Below are positions 1 to 9,138 of a stretch of 64,000 nt of DNA, in pieces (within the stretch, counting starts at the first letter, position 1; every line of letters begins with the position of its first letter). Source of the stretch: Patescibacteria group bacterium (GTDB taxonomy: Bacteria > Patescibacteriota > Minisyncoccia > Phycocordibacterales > PALSA-1337); NCBI GenBank assembly GCA_024654575.1, contig JANLHG010000005.1, positions 1,260 to 65,259 on the forward strand. The letters run 5' to 3'. The notes beneath the pieces are model-generated. The model was not told the DNA's origin, made no database searches, and saw only the letters and a list, made by a program, of their open reading frames with translations. The position numbers and the translations under genes are program-made.

Positions 1-321
1 GGGGAAAAAATAGCTTACACAAATTGGGAAAAATCTATTCTTTTTCCAAGTAAAATTGCTGAAAAAAATACTAATACTGAAATTAAAACTGAAATCAAGA
101 ATAATGTTGATAAAAATATTGTAATACTTAATGACAATGCATTAAGTACTTCGACCGACACTAATGATGCTAATATTATCAGCACAAGTTCTACGTCAGG
201 TAGTATATTACGAAATATATTCTCGTCACCATTTGCTCTCGTGATACTTCTAATTCTTCTAGCGATTGTAGTTTACCTAATGATGACAGGTAAAGACGAT
301 GACCTTAGTAAGCCAATTTAA
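1..321 (+). CDS. 3' end of a hypothetical protein with a C-terminal transmembrane helix (5'-truncated by the window)
   Basis: Frame 1 is open from base 1 to TAA at 319-321 (GEKIAYTNWEK...FALVILLILLAIVVYLMMTGKDDDLSKPI*). Overlaps the tsaD stop convergently. Confidence 0.7.
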   Translation, partial: GEKIAYTNWEKSILFPSKIAEKNTNTEIKTEIKNNVDKNIVILNDNALSTSTDTNDANIISTSSTSGSILRNIFSSPFALVILLILLAIVVYLMMTGKDDDLSKPI

Positions 322-1378
322 GATTTCCTATTGCTTTAAAGTTTTTATCTAAAATTCTATTGTCAATATTAAAATAGCCAGCTAAGGCGATCATTAATGC
401 GTTATCTGTAGAAAGTTGTGAGGTAGGGAATAGTGAATTAATTTTCTTTTCTTCACTTAATTTACTTAGAGCTTCCCTGATTTTGTCATTAGCTATAACA
501 CCCCCACCTACAATTAAGGTTTTTGCGTCAAATTCGTCCACCGCTTTATTTGTTTTATAAACAAGAACGTCTACAACTGCATCTTCAAATTCTCTAGCAA
601 TTTCCTCTTTCCATTCTAAATTAACTACTTTATCAATCTTATTAACAGTATAAAGAACTGCTGTTTTTAAACCAGAAAAAGAAAAATCATAATCTTTTGA
701 ATACATCATTGGTCTTGGAAGATTCCACTTCTCAGCTGTTTCTCTTTTAAAACGATCCTCTTTAGCTATTTTTGATATCTGTGGCCCGCCAGGATAGGGT
801 AATCCGATAAGTCTAGCAACCTTATCAAAAGCCTCCCCAACAGCATCATCTCGTGTCTGTCCTATAATTTTATATTTCATCCAATTCTCAATCAAAATAA
901 GTTCTGTGTGGCCTCCACTAATAAGTAAGGCAATAGCGGGAAATTGTATACCATGAAGCATAAAGCTCTCTTGATGAACCATTTCTGAAGGAACTAGAGA
1001 GGCCACTATATGACCTTCCATATGATTTGTTGGGATTACTGGAATATTCCATAATTCACCTAATTTTTTTGCAAAATCAATTCCAACCCACAAGGCTGGT
1101 TCTAACCCAGGACCATACGTTACAGCTATAGCATCTATATCTGGTTTTTTCGAGGTAATAGGAGAGTAAATAAGTTTTTCCAATAGAGGTTTAAGATTTT
1201 TTGCATGTTCTCTTTTTGCTATCATAGGAACAACACCACCGTATTGTTTGTGGATAGAGACTTGAGAATGTATTACGTCACCTAATACTTTAAAATAAGT
1301 CTTACTATCTTTTTTAATTATCTCTAACAAAGCAAGTGCCGTTTCGTCGCAACTTGTTTCAATACCAAGTATTATCAT
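305..1378 (-). CDS. tsaD: tRNA threonylcarbamoyladenosine (t6A) biosynthesis protein TsaD
   Basis: ILGIETSCDET, GPGL, NHMEGH, ISGGHT, DDAVGEAFDK, FSFSGLKT and DNALMIA motifs. Confidence 0.97.
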   Translation of the reverse strand: MIILGIETSCDETALALLEIIKKDSKTYFKVLGDVIHSQVSIHKQYGGVVPMIAKREHAKNLKPLLEKLIYSPITSKKPDIDAIAVTYGPGLEPALWVGIDFAKKLGELWNIPVIPTNHMEGHIVASLVPSEMVHQESFMLHGIQFPAIALLISGGHTELILIENWMKYKIIGQTRDDAVGEAFDKVARLIGLPYPGGPQISKIAKEDRFKRETAEKWNLPRPMMYSKDYDFSFSGLKTAVLYTVNKIDKVVNLEWKEEIAREFEDAVVDVLVYKTNKAVDEFDAKTLIVGGGVIANDKIREALSKLSEEKKINSLFPTSQLSTDNALMIALAGYFNIDNRILDKNFKAIGNLKLAY

Positions 1379-1384
1379 ATTTAC

Positions 1385-1657
1385 TTATGCTACATGAACA
1401 ATCTTTCTGACAGATCTTGAACTATCAAAATTAATCTTTCTTTTATTTTTATACTCTACCTTACCTTCTTTTAAAGCAAAAAGAGTATGGTCCTTACCTA
1501 ACCCAACATTTCTACCAGGCATAATAACAGTACCTCTTTGTCGCACCAAAACATCACCTGTTTGGGCTATTTCACCTGTAGTAACCTTAATACCTAGATA
1601 TTGAGGACCTGAATCTCTACCATTTTTAGTTGCGCCAGCCGCTTTTTTAGTTGCCAT
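1385..1657 (-). CDS. rpmA: 50S ribosomal protein L27
   Basis: MATKKAAGATKNGRDS...RQRGT...NVGLGKDHTLFA. Confidence 0.97.
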   Translation of the reverse strand: MATKKAAGATKNGRDSGPQYLGIKVTTGEIAQTGDVLVRQRGTVIMPGRNVGLGKDHTLFALKEGKVEYKNKRKINFDSSRSVRKIVHVA

Positions 1658-1679
1658 ATAATGTTATAATGATTATTCT

Positions 1680-1826
1680 ATGAGTATAAAAGAAATCATT
1701 GAAAAATGCAAATCTCCTAAGGTATTTATTTCAATAATTATCGTTTTAACTGCATTTGCATCCTTTGGATTAGGTCGCCTGTCAATTTTACTACACCATA
1801 AAGTACCAATTAACGTTGTAAAATAA
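1680..1826 (+). CDS. small membrane protein (48 aa), below the ORF-track cutoff
   Basis: MSIKEIIEKCKSPKVFISIIIVLTAFASFGLGRLSILLHHKVPINVVK*, preceded by an extended -10 (TGTTATAAT). Confidence 0.55.
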   Translation: MSIKEIIEKCKSPKVFISIIIVLTAFASFGLGRLSILLHHKVPINVVK

Positions 1827-1858
1827 GGATATTTTAGGATTTTTATACATCACATCTA

Positions 1859-1887
1859 TTGACATTTAGTTTAAGAAATGCTACCAT
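1859..1887 (+). promoter_or_regulatory. sigma70-type promoter
   Basis: TTGACA (1859-1864), 17 nt spacer, TACCAT (1882-1887) with a TGn extension. Confidence 0.7.
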
Positions 1888-1941
1888 GTACATACGAGTG
1901 AGGTGAAGTAGGTAACACTATATAAACCTCACTTTTTATTT

Positions 1942-2373
1942 ATGATAGAAATAACAACAAGCGCACTGATGCTTTTCTCAGCGCTTTATGGTTCACCACA
2001 AGCGATTGAGAATTCAGCAACAATTACGTTAATTAAACAGGAGATTACTAATTCTAATCTAGAACGATATACAAGAGAATACTTCAAAGACATACCAATT
2101 CTTGCAGAAATTGCAAAATGTGAATCAAGATTCACACAATTCGATAAGAACGGAAAAGTGATACGAGGTAAAGTTAACAGGTCTGATGTTGGGGTAATGC
2201 AGATTAATGAGTATTACCATTTAGATCAATCTCAAAAACTTGACCTAAATATTCACTCAGTTGACGGAAATCTTGAATATGCAAAGTTAATCTATGATAA
2301 AAGTGGAACATCTCCATGGAATTCATCTCAAAAATGTTGGGGTAAATATTCTAAAGATCTAGCAAAGAAATAA
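1942..2373 (+). CDS. lytic transglycosylase (SLT/lysozyme-like) domain protein
   Basis: IAKCES catalytic-Glu motif, DVGVMQIN motif, C-terminal G-x-x-PW and a hydrophobic N-terminus. Confidence 0.75.
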   Translation: MIEITTSALMLFSALYGSPQAIENSATITLIKQEITNSNLERYTREYFKDIPILAEIAKCESRFTQFDKNGKVIRGKVNRSDVGVMQINEYYHLDQSQKLDLNIHSVDGNLEYAKLIYDKSGTSPWNSSQKCWGKYSKDLAKK

Positions 2374-2385
2374 AATGTAAAGAAA

Positions 2386-2429
2386 AAAATAAAAACAGCT
2401 TTCCGATAGGGAACAGCTGTTTTTATTTT
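2386..2429. terminator. bidirectional intrinsic terminator
   Basis: AAAATAAAAACAGCT...AGCTGTTTTTATTTT inverted repeat between convergent genes. Confidence 0.8.
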
Positions 2430-2464
2430 ATATACTAACGTCGCACAATACTTCTTTGACGACC

Positions 2465-2668
2465 CTATAACGATTTTATAGTTATCTTATGAATTAGATC
2501 AACTGATATATCCCAAATATGTACAACTGATGTTTTTAAAAAATCCCAATTCTTCTGAGTCAATGGATTCTTAATTGTTTTTTCAATATCAAAACCATAA
2601 TAACTCAATATAAGAAGTGCAATTACTATAACAACAACCATTTTAATAAGTCCTTTTTTATAGTTCAT
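2465..2668 (-). CDS. small membrane protein
   Basis: 67 aa with an N-terminal TM helix, co-oriented with the upstream operon. Confidence 0.7.
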   Translation of the reverse strand: MNYKKGLIKMVVVIVIALLILSYYGFDIEKTIKNPLTQKNWDFLKTSVVHIWDISVDLIHKITIKSL

Positions 2669-2692
2669 ACAATAGTGATTATATATTTATTT

Positions 2693-3985
2693 TTATAAAT
2701 AAGAAAGTGGATTAAGATACGCTTTTTGAGTTGCCACCGGAATACGTATGTTTTTGCAATTTATACTATTAACCAATGGTGACACTTGTATACCTTGAGT
2801 CGCGTAAACACTAAAGTGCAAATGCGCTCCAGAAGGTCCTGGTGGAAGTACGTAGCCACTATAACCACTGTAAGCGATAATATCACCTGTTTTTACTTCT
2901 TGCCCCGCACTGACTAATTGAGATGAAAGATGTGCATACACCGTTGAAAGACCATTGTTATGCTTAACAAGAATCCATCTACCATATGAATAACAGTTTG
3001 GTAATATACCAGTATCACCTATTTCTACAATTGTTCCAGATAAAACAGTTCTAACTGGAGTACCTGTAGTTGCTCGTAAATCAATACCATTATGCCCTTT
3101 TCCATTGTAAGCTTGAGGATTTTGAGTTGCGAAATTAGTGTTACCAAAATATTGAGTAATGTGAACATTATCAAGAGGCCATTGTAAAACTCCAGCTCCG
3201 GCTTTTGGTATACTATTAGGGTCAATTGTAATCCTTAATTCCTGTTCCAAATTAGCTAAATCATCTTCAAAAGCTTTCGCAAGGGCTTTCTTATTATCAA
3301 GTATTTTTTTATAATTAGCTTCTTGATTTTTTGTTTGAGCCAATAAGTCAGCTTTCTCTTTTTTTATATCTTCTACTGATTTTGTCTGTCCTTTAAGTTG
3401 ATTACTAAAGCTCAATAATTGAACTTTATTTTTTTCTGTTTTTATCTTATTTTGTTCAAGTTGAATTTTTGTATCTTCTAAGTCTTTTATGGTTTCCCTG
3501 ATAGTTGATTGGAAACGAGTTAATTTTTCTAATTCGTTCCAAAACTCCCCCAGATCTCCAAATTCAATAAGTGTCTCAATGAGCGATTTAGACTCCTCAA
3601 CATTTATTTTATAAAAAGTTTTACTTATAATTTTAATATCTTCTTCAATACGATTACTCTTATCTCCTATATCAAGTTTTAATTGCTCTATAACGATATT
3701 AGCTGTTTGTATCTTATTTTGCGTAATTTGAATATCTTTTGATAATTTCTTTCTAGTTATTTCTAATCCATCAACTGTACCCTTCAGAGTATTGGCTTGA
3801 TTTGATATTACATCAACTTGGTCTTGATACTGAGCAATTTCTTGTTTAAGTTGATTAAGTAAAACATTCTGCTCATCTATTTTTTGTCTGAGTTCTTCCG
3901 CTTTGTCGGCATAAACATTATTTCCAAAAAATAAAATAAATGCTAATAAAACTATAGTTAATATTTTCCATTTATGATAAAACAT
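2693..3985 (-). CDS. M23 family peptidoglycan endopeptidase with long coiled coil (EnvC/MepM-like)
   Basis: Signal peptide, coiled coil, and HNGIDL, YAHL, GAHLHF M23 motifs. Confidence 0.9.
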   Translation of the reverse strand: MFYHKWKILTIVLLAFILFFGNNVYADKAEELRQKIDEQNVLLNQLKQEIAQYQDQVDVISNQANTLKGTVDGLEITRKKLSKDIQITQNKIQTANIVIEQLKLDIGDKSNRIEEDIKIISKTFYKINVEESKSLIETLIEFGDLGEFWNELEKLTRFQSTIRETIKDLEDTKIQLEQNKIKTEKNKVQLLSFSNQLKGQTKSVEDIKKEKADLLAQTKNQEANYKKILDNKKALAKAFEDDLANLEQELRITIDPNSIPKAGAGVLQWPLDNVHITQYFGNTNFATQNPQAYNGKGHNGIDLRATTGTPVRTVLSGTIVEIGDTGILPNCYSYGRWILVKHNNGLSTVYAHLSSQLVSAGQEVKTGDIIAYSGYSGYVLPPGPSGAHLHFSVYATQGIQVSPLVNSINCKNIRIPVATQKAYLNPLSYL

Positions 3986-5291
3986 GAATTGCTTTTGAAA
4001 TTCTTAAGATTACTTCTTCTTTTCCTAAAATATATATCAAAGAAAAAGGGTCTGGTGATTTATCTTTTCCCGATAGGGCATAGCGAACAGGCCAAAGAAC
4101 ACCCCCCTTCCCTTCTTTTTCGGCATAAGACATTATTTGATTTTTAATATCATCAACACTCCAATTCCCTATTTTATTTATAGAATCAATTACTTTTTCT
4201 AAGTGAATGACAGTTTTTTTAGAATCATTTTCATTCTTCCAAAATAATTTATCTTTTGTATATTCTGGTTCATTAAAAAAGTAATCCAACTCCCCCGCTT
4301 CTATCATTGTGTCTATGTCAGAATAAACATTGATACGGTCGAAAATAATCATTAATAACTTTTCCAAATATTCATCTGATACAACATATTTTTTCTCTAT
4401 TCTTTTTTTAATTTCTTTAAATACTATTTTTTTGTCTAACTTTTTTAGATATTCTTTATTAATCCAATTAAGTTTTTCAATATTAAAAATCGCTCCACTT
4501 TTTTGCACTTTAGCTAGATCAAATTGTGCAATAAGTTCGTCTATACTAAATATTTCTTTTGTCGTTCCGGGGTTCCATCCGAGAAAGGCAAGATAATTAA
4601 TAATTGCTTCGGGGAGATAACCCTTTTCTCTGTAATCATCAACACTCACTGCACCGTGCCTACCTGAAAGTTTAGATTTATCAGGAGCAAGAATAAGTGG
4701 TAAATGAGCATAAATAGGCGTCGGAGCACCTATCGCTTGTTGTATAAGAATTTGTCTGGGAGTGTTAGAAATGCCATCTTCTCCACGAATAATATGAGTA
4801 ATACCCATTTCAAAATCATCAATAACAACTGCTAAATGATAAATTGGTTCCTCCAAAGATTTTGCAATAACAAAATCACCAAGCTCTGTTGTATCAAACT
4901 CTATGTCACCTCGGATTAAATCTGTAAATTTTATTTTTTTATTTGAATTTTTAAAACGAATAACCTCATTTCTTTTCCCTTCCTCTACTTCTTCCTTTGA
5001 AAAATAAGCTTTGTCTTCATCAATGAGTTTCTTCAAATATGTTTTATATATATCATTACGTTGTGATTGCCAAAATGGACCATCATCATAACTAATCCCC
5101 AACCATTCTAAACAATCAAGCATATTTTTTTCATACTCCTTCTTTGATCGTTCTTTATCTGTATCTTCAAATCTAAAAACTATTTTACCTTTATTTTGTT
5201 TTGTAAAAAGGTAGTTAAAAAGAAATGTTCTTGCCCGTCCAATATGCAAAAAACCGGTAGGACTAGGTGGAAATCTGGTAATGACTTTCAT
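3972..5291 (-). CDS. gltX: glutamate--tRNA ligase
   Basis: TRFPPSPTGFLHIG, RFEDTD, THIIRGED, KLSGR (KMSKS-like). Start placed at MKVITRF. Confidence 0.95.
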   Translation of the reverse strand: MKVITRFPPSPTGFLHIGRARTFLFNYLFTKQNKGKIVFRFEDTDKERSKKEYEKNMLDCLEWLGISYDDGPFWQSQRNDIYKTYLKKLIDEDKAYFSKEEVEEGKRNEVIRFKNSNKKIKFTDLIRGDIEFDTTELGDFVIAKSLEEPIYHLAVVIDDFEMGITHIIRGEDGISNTPRQILIQQAIGAPTPIYAHLPLILAPDKSKLSGRHGAVSVDDYREKGYLPEAIINYLAFLGWNPGTTKEIFSIDELIAQFDLAKVQKSGAIFNIEKLNWINKEYLKKLDKKIVFKEIKKRIEKKYVVSDEYLEKLLMIIFDRINVYSDIDTMIEAGELDYFFNEPEYTKDKLFWKNENDSKKTVIHLEKVIDSINKIGNWSVDDIKNQIMSYAEKEGKGGVLWPVRYALSGKDKSPDPFSLIYILGKEEVILRISKAIHVLS

Positions 5292-5312
5292 ACCAGTATA
5301 ATAACACAAATA

Positions 5313-5759
5313 CTAATCAATCGCTGTAATTTTGAGTTTGAATTTTACTGTTTTATCTTGCACTTGAACTGTAATTTCATGTTCACCCACTTCTTTTATT
5401 GGTTTATCTAATTTGATGAATTCTGGAGAAATGATAAGTCGAGTTTGTTTGGTAATCTCTGGAGCAATTTCGGCACTATGAATCCCAGCAAAAAGATGGC
5501 CTTTCTCATTGGCTTTTCCAGCCATTTCTATAACAATACCATTCATATCGTTAAGATTCTTCAAAAGCAAGTCTTCTTGAATTTTTTTCTCTATATCTTC
5601 CTTTGCTTTTTCTACTGAAACCCTTTTTACAGCCTTTTCTGTAGCGATTTCAGCAAAACCCTTAGGTATAAGAAGATTTAAAGCATATCCATCAGAGATA
5701 TCTTTAACATCATATTTTTTACCTACTTTAGGTGTGTCTTTTAGTAAAATTATTTTCAT
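5313..5759 (-). CDS. rplI: 50S ribosomal protein L9
   Basis: MKIILLKD...GYALNLLIPKG...GHLFAGI...PIKEVGEH. Confidence 0.95.
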   Translation of the reverse strand: MKIILLKDTPKVGKKYDVKDISDGYALNLLIPKGFAEIATEKAVKRVSVEKAKEDIEKKIQEDLLLKNLNDMNGIVIEMAGKANEKGHLFAGIHSAEIAPEITKQTRLIISPEFIKLDKPIKEVGEHEITVQVQDKTVKFKLKITAID

Positions 5760-5779
5760 ACACAATAAACCTTATCATT

Positions 5780-6967
5780 TCAATAATTCTTTAGCAACTC
5801 TAAAGCCTTATTCATTTGTGGGTCAATTTTCTTATCTATATCAGTCTGAGATATTTTAACTTCATAATCCGGCTTTAAACCTCCTTCAGAAATGGAATTA
5901 CCTTTTGGAGTAAGCCACCTTGCGACTGTTACTTTAAGAGACGTATCTGAAGTTATAGGAACAAGTTCTTGAACAGAACCTTTACCAAAGGTTTTCGTAC
6001 CAACTAACTTGACAATACCATGTTCTTGTAATGCACCTGCCAAAATCTCTGATGCTGAAGCCGAACCTCCATCAACTAAAATAATAAAATGTAAATTAGA
6101 AAAAACATTATATCCCCTACTTCTGTATATTTTATCATCACCGTTTTTACCAAAATCTTCAGTCACAACAATTTTTCCACTTGGTAAAAACCAACTCGCC
6201 ATGTCCACCGATGCTTCAAGATAACCTCCTGGATTACTACGAAGATCTAAAATCAGTTTTTGGGAACCTGATTCATAAAATTGTCTCAATGCATTTCTAA
6301 ACAGGTCAGGAGAATTAGCAGAAAAACTATATAATTTAATTACAAAAACACCATCTTTTCTTAATTCGGTGTCAATAGTTGGTAAATCAATAGTATCTCT
6401 AGTTATTTTGACATCAAACGGTGCTTTTATACCTTCACGAAAGACATTAAGAGTTACTATAGTCCCCTTTTTACCTCTAATGAAACTAACCGCATTATCC
6501 GTAGACATGTCAATTGTACTGGTAGCATTTATTTTAACAATTTTATCTCCCACCTTAATTCCAGCCTTTTCGGCAGGACTACCTTTCAAAGGAGCGACTA
6601 CTGTTAATATTTGGTCTTTCAGAGCAATCTCCATTCCAACTCCTTCAAAATTCCCAGCGATATCACTTTCAAATATTTTTGATTCTTTAGGAGGAAAAAA
6701 AACTGTATAAGGGTCACCCATTGAGCTAGCTAGTCCTTGCATAGCACCCCAAATTCTCTCTTGATCATTTGGAATTGGTTTTGAAGAAACATATTTTTCA
6801 GTTAAAATTGACCATTCTTTCCAGAATGGAGAAAGGTCTACAGAATTTATATTTGCAACATTTATTCGGTTTTTAGAACCAGCATAAGCACCGGCCATAA
6901 ATACCAAACCTAAAATCACCATCGCCACCACTACTGACGAAACATATTTCAAATATTTATTATTCAT
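5780..6967 (-). CDS. S41 family carboxyl-terminal protease with PDZ domain
   Basis: DPYT, PDZ (GSPAEKAGIK), DLRSNPGG, SASASEI, TFGKGSVQ. Confidence 0.93.
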   Translation of the reverse strand: MNNKYLKYVSSVVVAMVILGLVFMAGAYAGSKNRINVANINSVDLSPFWKEWSILTEKYVSSKPIPNDQERIWGAMQGLASSMGDPYTVFFPPKESKIFESDIAGNFEGVGMEIALKDQILTVVAPLKGSPAEKAGIKVGDKIVKINATSTIDMSTDNAVSFIRGKKGTIVTLNVFREGIKAPFDVKITRDTIDLPTIDTELRKDGVFVIKLYSFSANSPDLFRNALRQFYESGSQKLILDLRSNPGGYLEASVDMASWFLPSGKIVVTEDFGKNGDDKIYRSRGYNVFSNLHFIILVDGGSASASEILAGALQEHGIVKLVGTKTFGKGSVQELVPITSDTSLKVTVARWLTPKGNSISEGGLKPDYEVKISQTDIDKKIDPQMNKALELLKNY

Positions 6968-7007
6968 AAGTAAAAATATTATATCATATGCTATAATATT
7001 TTCTATT

Positions 7008-8345
7008 ATGGTCATCAAACTTCACAACACATTGTCTGGAGAAAAAGAAGAATTTAAACCTCTCAATGAAGGAAAGGTTGGTATTTATAATTGTGGACCA
7101 ACAGTTTACGATATTGCACACATAGGAAATCTCAGAACTATGGTTTTTTATGACATTATCAGAAGAATATTTGAATATAATGAGTATAAAGTAGAACAAG
7201 TGATGAATATTACAGATGTTGATGATAAAACAATCCGTAAAAGTATCGAAGAAAAAATAACACTCACTGAACTAACAGAAAAATATGAAAAGCTTTTTTT
7301 TGAAGATATTGAAAAACTCAATATTATTAAACCACAAAAAATACTTTCTGCCAGAGCACATATGTCAGAAATTATAGAACTTATATCAACACTAATTAAA
7401 AATGGTTCAGCATACGAAGCGAGTGACGGAATCTATTTTAAAATTTCAAATTGTAAAAACTACGGATTACTAGCTAGATTAAAATTAGATAAACCGACTC
7501 AAGAAAGAATAGAAAATGATGAGTATGATAAAGAAAACCCTCGTGATTTTGCTTTATGGAAGTTTTATAAAGAAAATGACGGAGATGCAGTGTGGACCGC
7601 GCCCTTCGGGCGCGGTCGCCCTGGTTGGCATATTGAATGCTCAGCTATGGCTATAAAATCACTAGGAGACACGCTTGATATCCACGCTGGTGGAAGTGAT
7701 TTGATTTTTCCTCATCACACAAATGAAATCGCTCAGTCAGAATCAGCAACTAGAAAAACCTTTGTAAACTATTGGCTTCATGGAGGAATGATGAATGTTC
7801 AAAGTGACAAAATGGCGAAATCAAAAGGTAATTTTCTAAAATTAAAAGAGTTAATTGAAGAAAAAATATCACCCCTCGCATATCGTTATTGGCTTCTTAC
7901 TGCACATTATCGAACACAAATTAATTTTACTTTTGAAGCAGTTTCAGCATCTCAAACCGCATTAATAAACTTTTGTAATTATTTTATGGCATTTGGAGAA
8001 AAAAGTGGTGAAATTGATATAGATTACAATAATAAATTTATTGACTTCATAAATAACGATTTGGATATGCCTAAGGCAGTAGCTCTGGCTTGGGAATTGA
8101 TTAAAGATAAAAATATTTCAAACGAAAACAAAAAAGCTACTCTATTAAAATTTGACGAAGTATTCGGATTAAAATTAAAAGACCTAAAAATTCCTGATAA
8201 TAATGAAGAGATACCAGAAGAAATCAAGTTTTTGATTGAAGAAAGAGAAAATGCCCGCAAAGCTAAAGATTTCAAAAAATCCGACGCCCTAAGGAGTGAA
8301 ATAGAAGCTAGAGGGTATAAAGTCAAAGATATACCCTTATCTTAA
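7008..8345 (+). CDS. cysS: cysteine--tRNA ligase
   Basis: CGPTVY, HIGN, NITDVDDK, GRPGWHIECS, FPHHTNE, KMAKS. Confidence 0.97.
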   Translation: MVIKLHNTLSGEKEEFKPLNEGKVGIYNCGPTVYDIAHIGNLRTMVFYDIIRRIFEYNEYKVEQVMNITDVDDKTIRKSIEEKITLTELTEKYEKLFFEDIEKLNIIKPQKILSARAHMSEIIELISTLIKNGSAYEASDGIYFKISNCKNYGLLARLKLDKPTQERIENDEYDKENPRDFALWKFYKENDGDAVWTAPFGRGRPGWHIECSAMAIKSLGDTLDIHAGGSDLIFPHHTNEIAQSESATRKTFVNYWLHGGMMNVQSDKMAKSKGNFLKLKELIEEKISPLAYRYWLLTAHYRTQINFTFEAVSASQTALINFCNYFMAFGEKSGEIDIDYNNKFIDFINNDLDMPKAVALAWELIKDKNISNENKKATLLKFDEVFGLKLKDLKIPDNNEEIPEEIKFLIEERENARKAKDFKKSDALRSEIEARGYKVKDIPLS

Positions 8346-8364
8346 GCCATATTATTAATTTCGC

Positions 8365-8394
8365 TTGACATAAAACTATCTTATGGTGTATAAT
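8365..8394 (+). promoter_or_regulatory. sigma70-type promoter
   Basis: TTGACA (8365-8370), 18 nt spacer, TATAAT (8389-8394). Confidence 0.7.
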
Positions 8395-8507
8395 AAGGGG
8401 TAGATTCTTAGTCGTATGGCTAAGTCGTTCCTTGCACCGAAAGGTGAGGAATAAGGAGGTAAGTGCGTTCCTCTACTAACGCACAAGTACATTGAAAGGA
8501 GTGTTGT

Positions 8508-9005
8508 ATGACATTCAAAAACGAAGAATTCGTAATCAACAACGGGCCGTCAAAGATCGATCTTATGTTTTCCTTATTCGATACTGACATGGGAAAGCGG
8601 ATGTTAGAATTTCACACGCCTCAGTGGGTTCACACCCACGATGCGAATGATTTCAAAGTTCAGATTACTTCCGCACGAAGACGAAATCCGGCGGCGACGA
8701 TCTGGGAGATCGAAGGAATCACTGACGCTCAAGGTGGGAAGACGCGAGTCTCCATCTATTATCTCTCGGACACCCGCGAAGGTCGCATGAGGTTCGAGGA
8801 AGAGCTTCGGACTCATGGCATCATGGAAACGCCGGACGACGCCAAAAGAGCAAGGGCCCTCATGATCATCATCCAGAAGATGGTGGCCATCGCTCAGTAT
8901 CACGGCGGCTTGCCCGAAGAGTTCTACGTCCTGTTCGAGAAGGCAAAAAAAATCAAATTTGCCGAAGATCGTGATTCACTCACTGAAGCTGTCAAAGGCA
9001 TCTAA
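8508..9005 (+). CDS. hypothetical protein (GC-richer than flanks)
   Basis: 165-aa ORF with SD AAGGAG, its own promoter and its own terminator. Confidence 0.8.
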   Translation: MTFKNEEFVINNGPSKIDLMFSLFDTDMGKRMLEFHTPQWVHTHDANDFKVQITSARRRNPAATIWEIEGITDAQGGKTRVSIYYLSDTREGRMRFEEELRTHGIMETPDDAKRARALMIIIQKMVAIAQYHGGLPEEFYVLFEKAKKIKFAEDRDSLTEAVKGI

Positions 9006-9026
9006 TCTCTAAACTGAAACCTCAAG

Positions 9027-9050
9027 AAGCGCATCTGCAAAGATGCGCTT
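9027..9050 (+). terminator. intrinsic terminator
   Basis: AAGCGCATCT-GCAA-AGATGCGCTT followed by a T-rich tail. Confidence 0.75.
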
Positions 9051-9138
9051 TAACTTTAATTTTTTATCCCCAAATTAGACACATCTTATAACCGTTTTCA
9101 ATTGATGCGGAATTTTTCATTATGCTACAATTCCCTCA

